Of a DNA stretch of 64,000 nucleotides, positions 10,260 to 18,818 are shown piece after piece (within the stretch, counting starts at the first letter, position 1; every line of letters starts with the position of its first letter). Below the pieces are notes generated by a model, which searched no databases, had not been told where the DNA came from, and worked only from the letters and a program-made list of their open reading frames with translations. The stretch spans positions 806,001 to 870,000 of the forward strand of contig OY730414.1 in NCBI GenBank assembly GCA_963422615.1, read 5' to 3'. The position numbers were made by a program, and so were the translations under genes. Source of the stretch: Longimicrobiales bacterium (lineage in GTDB: Bacteria > Gemmatimonadota > Gemmatimonadetes > Longimicrobiales > Gaopeijiaceae).

Positions 10260-10325
10260 CGAGGTGCGCGAACCCGCCCGGTTTCCTGTTCCTCCGGCAG
10301 GACCAATTCCTCCGGCAGGACGAAG

Positions 10326-10928
10326 GTGAACCCGGTAACCTACCTGGGCGCCTTCGCCATGTGGCTTGCCATGACCGCCTTCATGATGGCGCCTGTGGTC
10401 TACCCCTGGCTTCGGGCCCTTGGCCGGATTCCCGCCGGCAAGGCCAAGGGCGTTCCGACGTCCATCGGGCCGTTTGTCACCGGGTACGGAGTGGCCTGGG
10501 CGGGATTCAGCGCCGTGGCGGCCTGGGCCCAAGTCTCCCTGTCAGCTCTGGGCATCCCCGTGCCCTTCGGGCTGGAAGCGCGGGCCCCTTCGGCGGCCGT
10601 TCTGATGCTGGCCGGAGGATATCAGCTCACGGGGTTCAAGAAGGCGTGTCTGGTCCACTGCCGTTCCCCGGCCGGGTACCTCCTTCTCCACTGGCGGGAC
10701 GGGGTCGTGGGCCGGGCACAAGTGGGACTGGGGCACGGCCTTTATTGCGTCGGGTGCTGCTGGGCCCTTATGGCGCTGGCCTTCGTGGCGGGGATGGCGA
10801 ACCTCGTCTGGATGGCCCTCCTCATGGCAGTCATGTTGGCCGAAACCACCCTCCCCTTCGGGTCACGTCTGACCCGGCCCGTCGGCATTGCGCTGTTGGC
10901 CCTGGGAGGGGGCGTCCTCGTCCTCTAG
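10326..10928 (+). CDS. DUF2182 family metal-binding integral membrane protein
   Basis: W..M...MM.P, GYQLT..K.ACL.HCR.P, G..HG.YCVGCCW.LM, GM.NL.WM; the usual partner of DUF1326. Confidence 0.88.
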   Translation: MNPVTYLGAFAMWLAMTAFMMAPVVYPWLRALGRIPAGKAKGVPTSIGPFVTGYGVAWAGFSAVAAWAQVSLSALGIPVPFGLEARAPSAAVLMLAGGYQLTGFKKACLVHCRSPAGYLLLHWRDGVVGRAQVGLGHGLYCVGCCWALMALAFVAGMANLVWMALLMAVMLAETTLPFGSRLTRPVGIALLALGGGVLVL

Positions 10929-13900
10929 GTCGACCACCGCGGCGGCCCGATTCAGCTGGAGTTGGAGCACGTCGGGATCGGCCAGGACGCGTTCCGGTTC
11001 GAAGTCGGTTCGGATCTCGAAGTCCGCCGACGCCCCCGCCCCCAGCTCCACCACCGTGCGGGACACGCGGTAGTCCACCGACACCCCGCTCCGATTCCCG
11101 TCGTTGTCTTCGTCCGACCACCGTTCCCCCGCGGTTACGCCCACTTCCAGGGCCGTGCGTCCGGTGCCCCGATTTTCCACCGTTCCCCGGACCACCCATT
11201 CGGTGCCAGACCGCTCCCGGGTCACGTCGGAGAAGCGATACTCGGGTACCACTACGTCGAAGAACCACTGTTCGGCGAAGGCGTCGAAGGCGGCCGGGTC
11301 GGGCGCGAAGTCCCGGATCACGGCCAGCATGTCCTGGATGACGGGGAAGTCCGGGTCCGGGTTGAACTTCTCAATGAAGGCCCGAAGACCAGAGAGGAGG
11401 TTCTCGCGGCCCATCTCCTGCTGGAGCATCCACATCACCCACCCGCCCTTGTTGTACGTGACGGTTCCGTCCCCTGAACGGGTGCCGTCGGTCTTCACCA
11501 GGGGGCGTTCCGTATCCACGAAGCGCTGGTCGCCGTACTCCTCCTCGATCCGCTTCGTGAATTCGATTCGGTACCGGTCCCCGTAGACCTGTTCATGCAG
11601 GAGAATCGTGGCGTAGTGGGCCAAGCCTTCCGAGAGGATGTTCCCCCCGGGGCCCCGGCCGGGCGTCAACAGGTTCCCCCACCACTGGTGCGCTGCTTCG
11701 TGGGCCACCACCAGAAACGCCACATGGGAGCGGGGGTCGCTCTTCGCCAAGAACCCGATGTTTTCGCTGAAGGTGATGTTGGTCGGGAAACCCTGGGCGT
11801 ACGTCGCGAACCCGGGAAACTCCGAAATCTTCAGCAGGTCCCAGGGGAAGGGGTAGAACCACTGGGAGTAGTGCTCCCTGGCCGCGTCCAGGGCGGCGGA
11901 CATCTCCTCTATGTTGTAGTCGTGCTCCGGGTGATAGTAGAGCGCGGTGCCCCTTCCCTCCCTGACCGCGTACTTACCGGCGACGACGTTGAACAGGCCC
12001 ACCGGGTGGTCCGTTTCCCAGACCACGGTGCGCCGGCCGTCCTTCGTCTCCTCGCTCACCCGCTGTCCCACCCCGTTGGCCGTGTACGCCTCCGGGGTCG
12101 TGATGCGCGTACGCACCCTGAAGGGTGTTCCCCCCCAACCGAACAGGGGTTCGGTGTTCCCTTCGTAGAAATCCTCCGGGTAGTCCGGTGAATCGTGGGC
12201 GTTTTCCTCGTCGACGCCGATGGAGGGGTTGTAGCCGGGGACGGGCAAGAAGGTGGGGGAAAAGGTCCCCAGCACGATTCCCGACTCCAGAATGAACTCC
12301 CCTTGGCCGCCGCCGAACCTGCTCATCCCTCTGGGGAAGCGGAGGTCGTAGTCGAAGCCGAGGGTGAGAGAGTCTCCAGGGTCCAGGGGATGTTCCGGGG
12401 TAAAGACGAACAGGTTCGACCGGTCTTCAGGCTCGTAGGGAACCCCGTCCAGGGTCCACTCGATGGGGTCCCAGGGTCCGGCGGTGACGGGGAGCTGGTC
12501 GTAGGCATAATCCCGGTCGTTGACGAAGGTGTAGGTGCCGGATACGGAAGCGGCGTGGGCCCGTGGCTCGAAGTCCAGGTCCAAATCCACCCGTGACACC
12601 GAAGGCATTTCGAAGTCGGTCCACGTCGCTGTGTTGCGTCGCCAGTAGTCTTTGCTCGCCTCCTCGGCGACCGGCCCCTGGTAGCCCGTCCGGCCGCTGA
12701 AGTGCAGCGCGGAGGCCAGAACCACGGCCGGCGCAGCGAAAGGGGCCAGACGGATCGCGCCCCTGAACAGGGACTTGGGCCTGATCCGATGAACGATCCG
12801 GGCGGGGTCGAAGTTCTGCCTGGGGAACCCCTTGACCGCCACAGCCATGAGGAGCGGGACCAGAGCCAGGTACAGCAGGCGGTTCAGGAGGAGCGGGAAG
12901 CCGTGAAGGGAGAACGCGCCCATGTCGCTCCACTGGAGCCCACCCCACGCCATCCAGTTGGTCACCCAGGAGAGGGGATCGCCTCCGAAGGACATGCGGG
13001 AGACGGTGTAGATGATTACGGCCATCCCGGCGCCGTACACGGTGTAGCGGTTGCGGAGGAGGGCGAAGAGGACGGTCACGAACGCGGTCCAGAAGATGAA
13101 CGTTGGGACCAGAATCGCGCCCCAGGCGGCGACGAAAGGAAAGAGGTCGAAGCCAACGGGGCTTCCTTCGAAGAGCTTCCGCCAGAGGACGAGCCCCCAG
13201 GTGGCGGCAACGCCCACGGCGAGGATCAGCCCCGCCATCACGCTGTTTCCGATGGTCTTGCCCAAGAGGATGGCCCCGGTCCTCACCGGTGTGGCGTAAA
13301 AGATCTCTGCCAGGCGTCGACTTCGTTCCTTGTGCAACGATTCGACGGTGTAGAAAAGCAGGAGGACGCAGACCAGCAGGCTGAGCGTGTTGAGTTGTCG
13401 CACGGCCGCCGCACCCGAGGTCAACAGAATCGGCGAATTGAAGGGCCCGGTGGCCAGGATGTTTTGGGACACCGACTGGATGATGATCAACGGGACGAAG
13501 AGGTACATGCCCGGGCGGAGGAGGAGGTCTCGGATTTCGGACCGTCCGATGGCCCCTACCGCCTCCCGGAAGCCCGGGGGTTCTGTCTCCATCCGGAGCC
13601 GCCCCAGCACCCGTTGCCCCAGAAGCGGGGACTCCCTGACGCCGGACGGAACCCCCAGAACCCCGTGGGTGCGCCTGCGCCGGAGGAACGGGAAGGCGGG
13701 TGTCTGCCCGGCTTGCAGCTGCCGGGCGTAGCTCTGCGCAGCCGCAGCCGTGGCCCCCAGTCCCGTCGCGGCAAAGACGATTCGGCTGAGTAGGAAACCC
13801 GGGTCGGGACGGAGTGGGGCGGTGTTGTAGAAATCCACCCCCCGGTCGACGGTGAGGAAGGTCTCGTTGAGCCAGCGAAACCCGGAAGGGTCAAGGAGCA

Positions 13901-14564
13901 TGAGCATCCGGTTCACACCGGGGTCGAGCCAGCTTGGCGACCACGTGGCGAGGAACCACAGGGTGAAGAACAGCACCACGACGGGGAAGACGAAGACCAC
14001 AATGGGACGACGAGTCCGGACGCCCAAAAAGAAAGGCACGCCGGCGAAGAAGAGGACTTGGGGAAGACCGAAAAGCAGGGTGGGGAAGAGGTAATTCGCC
14101 AGGGCGAAACCCCCGATGTGTTCTGCGTCTTCTCCGGCTGCCAAGACGTGGTTCAGTCCCGCGGACGCGCACAGATACAGCAACCAGATGACAAGAAAGA
14201 CGCACAGGGCCCCGGCGAACTTGCCCCATGCGTATTCTCCGGGGGTTAGTCGGGTCGAACTCAGGATTTCCTCCACCCGGAGTTCCAAGTCCCGGATCAT
14301 GGTCATGCCCGCCCCGATGGCCAGGAACCAGGCGCCGAAGACCATGATCAGGACGGACTGGATCATGCTCTGAGCAAACACCGAAGTGACGTGGGACCTC
14401 TCTCCGCCGACCGTCTGGTCTCCTGACGCGATGGTCACCGCCCCTTCGGAAAACCCCCACGCCATGAGGACCAGGATCCCGAAGAGAATCCAGTACGCCG
14501 GCCTGCGAAGCCCGGAGAGGAACTCCTGGCGGGTGATTTCCCGCCACCTCCGGAAAGCGTTCAC
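10863..14564 (-). CDS. ABC-2 type permease (duplicated) fused to an M1-family (gluzincin) aminopeptidase
   Basis: Two ABC-2 permease-like TM blocks, then a soluble domain with VAHEAAHQWWG...SEGLA zinc motif and Y.KG catalytic Tyr motif. Confidence 0.88.
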   Translation of the reverse strand: MNAFRRWREITRQEFLSGLRRPAYWILFGILVLMAWGFSEGAVTIASGDQTVGGERSHVTSVFAQSMIQSVLIMVFGAWFLAIGAGMTMIRDLELRVEEILSSTRLTPGEYAWGKFAGALCVFLVIWLLYLCASAGLNHVLAAGEDAEHIGGFALANYLFPTLLFGLPQVLFFAGVPFFLGVRTRRPIVVFVFPVVVLFFTLWFLATWSPSWLDPGVNRMLMLLDPSGFRWLNETFLTVDRGVDFYNTAPLRPDPGFLLSRIVFAATGLGATAAAAQSYARQLQAGQTPAFPFLRRRRTHGVLGVPSGVRESPLLGQRVLGRLRMETEPPGFREAVGAIGRSEIRDLLLRPGMYLFVPLIIIQSVSQNILATGPFNSPILLTSGAAAVRQLNTLSLLVCVLLLFYTVESLHKERSRRLAEIFYATPVRTGAILLGKTIGNSVMAGLILAVGVAATWGLVLWRKLFEGSPVGFDLFPFVAAWGAILVPTFIFWTAFVTVLFALLRNRYTVYGAGMAVIIYTVSRMSFGGDPLSWVTNWMAWGGLQWSDMGAFSLHGFPLLLNRLLYLALVPLLMAVAVKGFPRQNFDPARIVHRIRPKSLFRGAIRLAPFAAPAVVLASALHFSGRTGYQGPVAEEASKDYWRRNTATWTDFEMPSVSRVDLDLDFEPRAHAASVSGTYTFVNDRDYAYDQLPVTAGPWDPIEWTLDGVPYEPEDRSNLFVFTPEHPLDPGDSLTLGFDYDLRFPRGMSRFGGGQGEFILESGIVLGTFSPTFLPVPGYNPSIGVDEENAHDSPDYPEDFYEGNTEPLFGWGGTPFRVRTRITTPEAYTANGVGQRVSEETKDGRRTVVWETDHPVGLFNVVAGKYAVREGRGTALYYHPEHDYNIEEMSAALDAAREHYSQWFYPFPWDLLKISEFPGFATYAQGFPTNITFSENIGFLAKSDPRSHVAFLVVAHEAAHQWWGNLLTPGRGPGGNILSEGLAHYATILLHEQVYGDRYRIEFTKRIEEEYGDQRFVDTERPLVKTDGTRSGDGTVTYNKGGWVMWMLQQEMGRENLLSGLRAFIEKFNPDPDFPVIQDMLAVIRDFAPDPAAFDAFAEQWFFDVVVPEYRFSDVTRERSGTEWVVRGTVENRGTGRTALEVGVTAGERWSDEDNDGNRSGVSVDYRVSRTVVELGAGASADFEIRTDFEPERVLADPDVLQLQLNRAAAVVDLEDEDAPSQGQQRNADGPGQT

Positions 14565-15583
14565 GCTTCAGCGGTGGCCCGAGGCTCCCGGCCCGTTGCC
14601 GTCGTCCTCCCCGCGGCGCGGCGTCCTTCGCTTTCCCCTTCCCCTCCACCCCGTTCGCCTCCATCGTGGGCCGCGCCCTCGGCTGGGCCCTCCGGTTCGG
14701 TTCGGAGCGTCCTACCGTTCCCTCGGGTCAGGAGGAGGTATGCGTCTTCCAGGGTCGGTTCCACCGCCTCGAAACTGGCGGGGGGCAGCCCGTTGGTCAC
14801 ACGGACGCGAACCCGGTTCCGCCCCTCCACAAGCACCGCCTGGGTGACCTGGTAGCGCCGGTGGACTTCCGCCAAGTCCTGTTGTTCGACGGCGCCTTCG
14901 AATATCGTTCCTGCCAGGCGGTCCCGGGCTTTTGCCGGGGTGGTGTCGGCCACGAAGTGCCCTTCGTGCATGACCGCCATTCGGGGGCACAAGACCGAGA
15001 TATCTTCCACGATGTGGGTGGACAGGAGCACCGTTCGATTCTCTGCCAGCTCCGCGAGAAGCCGGTAGAAGCGAAGGCGCTCTTCCGGATCCAGTCCCGC
15101 CGTGGGTTCATCCACGATGATGATCCCGGGATTCCCGGCCAGGGCTTGCGCGATTCCCAGCCTCTGCTTCATTCCGCCGGAATAGCTTCCGACCTTGCGC
15201 TTTGCCGCATGCGCCAGGTTCACCCGTTCCAGAAGTTTGCCCGCAAGGCGCTTCGGGCCCTGGGGTGCCGTCACCCCCTTCAGCAAGAGCAGGAAGCGCA
15301 GCATGGCTTCGCCGGTCAGGTGAGGATAGAAGCCGAATTCCTGGGGAAGGTAGCCCAGTTGCCGTCGAATGCGCTGAGGATCGGACCCGATGTCGTCCCC
15401 GTTGAAGCGCACGACCCCGGAAGTCGGTTCCAGCAAACCCGCGACAATCCGCATCAGGGTGGTCTTGCCGGCCCCGTTCGGCCCGAGGAGCCCGAACATG
15501 CCCTTCGCAACGTTGAGCGACACGCCCTGGAGGGCTGCGACCGGACCGGGATACACCTTTACCAGATTCCTGATTTCGAGCAT
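14561..15583 (-). CDS. ABC transporter ATP-binding protein
   Basis: Walker A GPNGAGKTT, YSGGMKQR, IIVDEPTAGLD, STH. Start ATG 15583 (MLEIRNL); overlaps the permease start. Confidence 0.95.
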   Translation of the reverse strand: MLEIRNLVKVYPGPVAALQGVSLNVAKGMFGLLGPNGAGKTTLMRIVAGLLEPTSGVVRFNGDDIGSDPQRIRRQLGYLPQEFGFYPHLTGEAMLRFLLLLKGVTAPQGPKRLAGKLLERVNLAHAAKRKVGSYSGGMKQRLGIAQALAGNPGIIIVDEPTAGLDPEERLRFYRLLAELAENRTVLLSTHIVEDISVLCPRMAVMHEGHFVADTTPAKARDRLAGTIFEGAVEQQDLAEVHRRYQVTQAVLVEGRNRVRVRVTNGLPPASFEAVEPTLEDAYLLLTRGNGRTLRTEPEGPAEGAAHDGGERGGGEGESEGRRAAGRTTATGREPRATAEA

Positions 15584-15927
15584 CGTCCGCCTCGTGGTGC
15601 GGGAACCGCAACCCGCGGCGCCGATCGGGTCACGCTGGGCCATTTTCCCCAGGATGCTATACCATAAGGTGAACCCGCAATCGGTAACAACGAGCGGCAG
15701 CAGCGAGAACCAAGGTCGGCGCCTGCAGGGCGCGCAGAGGCCACGGCCTGGGAGGATAGCGGGAGCCCGTCCCACGCGGCTCCGGTTCAAGGCCCGGATC
15801 CCTGTTTCGAAATCGACGCGCCTCATGGAAGCCGAGCCCCGGTCCCGACGGCCCGAAAGTTCGGCGGGGCAGGAAAGCGCCGGTGCGGTTCACAGGGTTG
15901 ACTTCAGCGGTAAATGGAGGGATGAGA

Positions 15928-17235
15928 ATGGACGGGGACTATGATGTGATCGTCATCGGGGCGGGCGTAATCGGCGTCTGCTTGGGCTTTGAGCTTGCCA
16001 AACGGGGTCGCCGCACCCTCAACGTGGACAAACAGCCCGCCGCCGGGTCCGGTTCGACCTGCAATACCTGTGGCATCATCCGTTTCCACTATTCCACGCC
16101 CGATGGCTGTGCCATGGCCCGGGAGAGCTACTTTCACTGGTTGGACTGGGGGCGCTACTTGGGTGTGGCCGACGAAATGGGTCTGGCCCGATACGTAAAC
16201 ACGGGGTGCCTGGTCACAAAAACCGACCGGAACCGGCAGCTGGAAGGCGTCAAGCGCTCTTTGGACGAACTCCACGTCGCCTACCAAGACCTGACGGCGC
16301 GGGAAGTCGAAAGCCGCTTTCCGTGGATCGATACCCGGGCGTACGGCCCTCCCGTGACCCCCGACGAGGAGCATTTCGGTCGGCCCGGAAAGAAGGAGAT
16401 TGCCGGGGCGGTGTACATCCCCGAATCCGGGTACATCGACGACCCCGCACTGGCGTGTCACAATGTGCAGCGGGCCTGCGAAGCTTGGGGTGGAGACTTC
16501 CGGTTCAACGCCGAGGTCGTGGAGATCCTCAAGGAAAACGGGCGGGTTCGAGGCGTCGCTCTGTCCGGAGGGGAACGGCTGCGGGCGCCGGTGGTGGTCA
16601 ACGTGGCCGGGCCGCACTCGGCCATCATCAATGGCATGGCGGGGGTTCTGGAGGGGATGAACATCAAGACCCGCCCGCTCAAGCAGGAAGTGTGCTACGT
16701 GCAGGCCCCCGCGGGGCTGAAATACGACCAACTCGCGCCCCTGATTTCGGATGGGGATATCGGTTGCTATTCCAGGCCTGCCACTGGAAATCGCGTCCTC
16801 GTGGGATCCGAAGACCCGGAGTGCGATGTGCTGGCGTGGGTCGGAGATCCCGACGACTACGACGCCGGCTTCTCCCGCCAATGGGAAACCCAGGTCATGC
16901 GCCAGGCCCAACGGGTGAAGGGGCTGGGCATTCCGGCCCGGACGGGAGGCCGGGTAGACCTCTACGATGTGGCCGACGACTGGATCCCCATCTATGACAA
17001 ATCGGACCTGCCCGGCTTCTACATGGCAGTAGGAACGTCGGGGAACCAGTTCAAGAACGCCCCGGTCGCAGGCAAGCTCATGGCTGAACTCATCGAGAGG
17101 GTGGAGGGTGGACAGGACCACGACGTGGACCCCGTTGCCCTTCCCCTTCCCTTTACGCGCCGCGTCTGCAACACAAGCTTCTTCAGCCGCCGCAGGTCTC
17201 TCAATCCCGACTCGTCCTATTCGGTCATCGGCTGA
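15928..17235 (+). CDS. FAD-dependent oxidoreductase (DAO / sarcosine-oxidase-beta-like)
   Basis: GAGVIG FAD motif, VVNVAGPHS, YDV.DDWIPI, G.SG..FK.AP; RBS GGAGG at 15916. Confidence 0.88.
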   Translation: MDGDYDVIVIGAGVIGVCLGFELAKRGRRTLNVDKQPAAGSGSTCNTCGIIRFHYSTPDGCAMARESYFHWLDWGRYLGVADEMGLARYVNTGCLVTKTDRNRQLEGVKRSLDELHVAYQDLTAREVESRFPWIDTRAYGPPVTPDEEHFGRPGKKEIAGAVYIPESGYIDDPALACHNVQRACEAWGGDFRFNAEVVEILKENGRVRGVALSGGERLRAPVVVNVAGPHSAIINGMAGVLEGMNIKTRPLKQEVCYVQAPAGLKYDQLAPLISDGDIGCYSRPATGNRVLVGSEDPECDVLAWVGDPDDYDAGFSRQWETQVMRQAQRVKGLGIPARTGGRVDLYDVADDWIPIYDKSDLPGFYMAVGTSGNQFKNAPVAGKLMAELIERVEGGQDHDVDPVALPLPFTRRVCNTSFFSRRRSLNPDSSYSVIG

Positions 17236-17249
17236 CGACCGTTTCGTCC

Positions 17250-18470
17250 GTGGCGTACGCCAAGCTTCGAGCCCTGTGGAAGCCATCGCCGCCGAAGCGT
17301 CACTACGAAGCCGTGATCATCGGCGGCGGTGTTCACGGACTTGCGACCGCGTACTACCTGGCGAAGACCCATGGCCTTTGCGACGTGGCGGTCCTGGAGC
17401 GCCACTACATCGGCTTCGGCGGATCGGGCCGAAACACAGCGATCGTCCGCGCCAACCAGCGTACCCCCGAAGCCCTGCGTCTCTACGACGAAGCCCTCCG
17501 GCTGTGGCCGGTGCTCACGGCCGAGCTGGACTACAACCTCATGTTCTTCCCGTGCGGAAACCTGAATCTGGCCCACAGCGAAGCGGCGGTCGGGGCGCTT
17601 CGTCTCGCCGTCAACACCGCCAACTTCATGGGTGTCCGGTCGGAGCTTCTGGACCCGCTGCAGTGCAGGGATGTGCTCCCCGGCCTCGACATTTCGGACC
17701 GGCCCGCGTTTCCCGTTCGCGCCGGAATGTACCACCCTCCAGGGGGTACCGTCCGCCACGACGCGGTGGTGTGGGGGTTGGCGAAGGGAGCGAGCGCCCT
17801 GGGCGTGCACATTCACGAAGGCTGTGAGGTTCAGGGGATCGAGACCGATGGCACCCGAATCACGGGGGTCCGGACCCTTCGCGGGCGCATCGGCTGCGCT
17901 CGCCTGGGCATCATGGCTGGCGCGTACAGCCCGGCGGTGGTGGCCATGCTGGGGATCGAGCTTCCCATTCATCCCCTTACCATTCAGGCCATGGTTACCC
18001 AGCCCCTGAAACCATTTCTGCACCATGTCTTCAGCTCGGGTGCTTACCACGTCTATGCGAATCAGTCTCTCAAGGGGGAGATTGTCACCGGGGCCCACAT
18101 GGATCCCCAGGTGAACTACACCACGGACCCCACTGCGTACTATCTGAAGCATCAGGCCGAAGCCCTGACGGATTTGATGCCTGCCCTGAAGGGGGTTCGT
18201 TTCATGCGAATCTGGGGAGGCTTGGCCGACATGACGCCGGACATGGCCCCGATCCTGGACGGCAACGTTGCGTACGACGGTCTGTATCTGAACGCAGGAT
18301 GGGGATACTTCGGCTTCAAGGCCGGACCGGTCACGGGGAAGTACATGGCGGAATACATGGCGACGGAGGAGGCTCCGAAAGTCATCAGGCCCTTCCGGCT
18401 GGGCCGCTTTCTCGAAAACCGTTACCTGGGGGAAACAGCGGCGGCCATGAAGTACGGGCACTGGGACTAG
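17250..18470 (+). CDS. soxB: heterotetrameric sarcosine oxidase-like, beta subunit
   Basis: IIGGGVHGLATAYYLAK.HG, GGSGRNT.IVR.N, RHDAV.WG.A, DMTPD..PI, GW..GFKA.P. Confidence 0.88.
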   Translation: MAYAKLRALWKPSPPKRHYEAVIIGGGVHGLATAYYLAKTHGLCDVAVLERHYIGFGGSGRNTAIVRANQRTPEALRLYDEALRLWPVLTAELDYNLMFFPCGNLNLAHSEAAVGALRLAVNTANFMGVRSELLDPLQCRDVLPGLDISDRPAFPVRAGMYHPPGGTVRHDAVVWGLAKGASALGVHIHEGCEVQGIETDGTRITGVRTLRGRIGCARLGIMAGAYSPAVVAMLGIELPIHPLTIQAMVTQPLKPFLHHVFSSGAYHVYANQSLKGEIVTGAHMDPQVNYTTDPTAYYLKHQAEALTDLMPALKGVRFMRIWGGLADMTPDMAPILDGNVAYDGLYLNAGWGYFGFKAGPVTGKYMAEYMATEEAPKVIRPFRLGRFLENRYLGETAAAMKYGHWD

Positions 18471-18486
18471 ACCGGGGAGGCGGGTC

Positions 18487-18753
18487 GTGACGTTTCGGTT
18501 GACGTGCCCGGTATGCGGCAAACGGGACGTATACGAGTTTACTTTCGGCGGCGAAGAACGAGGCCCCCGTCCCCCGCAGGAGGGGCTGAGCGCTGAAGAT
18601 CACTTCTACTGGAGCCAGTTCCGGCTCATCGCTCCGGCACCCCGAGAGGAGTGGTGGTACCACGGACAAGGCTGCCGCGTCTGGTTCAAGACCATTCGGG
18701 ACCCGGTTACCAACCGGGAGGCGGGGAAGGATGATCTCCCTCCTTCTCCCTAG
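18487..18753 (+). CDS. soxD: sarcosine oxidase-like delta subunit
   Basis: CPVCG.R...EF..GGE and E.W.H..GC..WF...RD zinc motif. Confidence 0.9.
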   Translation: MTFRLTCPVCGKRDVYEFTFGGEERGPRPPQEGLSAEDHFYWSQFRLIAPAPREEWWYHGQGCRVWFKTIRDPVTNREAGKDDLPPSP

Positions 18754-18818
18754 GCGGAGCCCTGGTGGGCCCTGGACGTCTTCGTGACCTGCCTCGTCCC
18801 TGTGAGCGCCTGGGAGCG

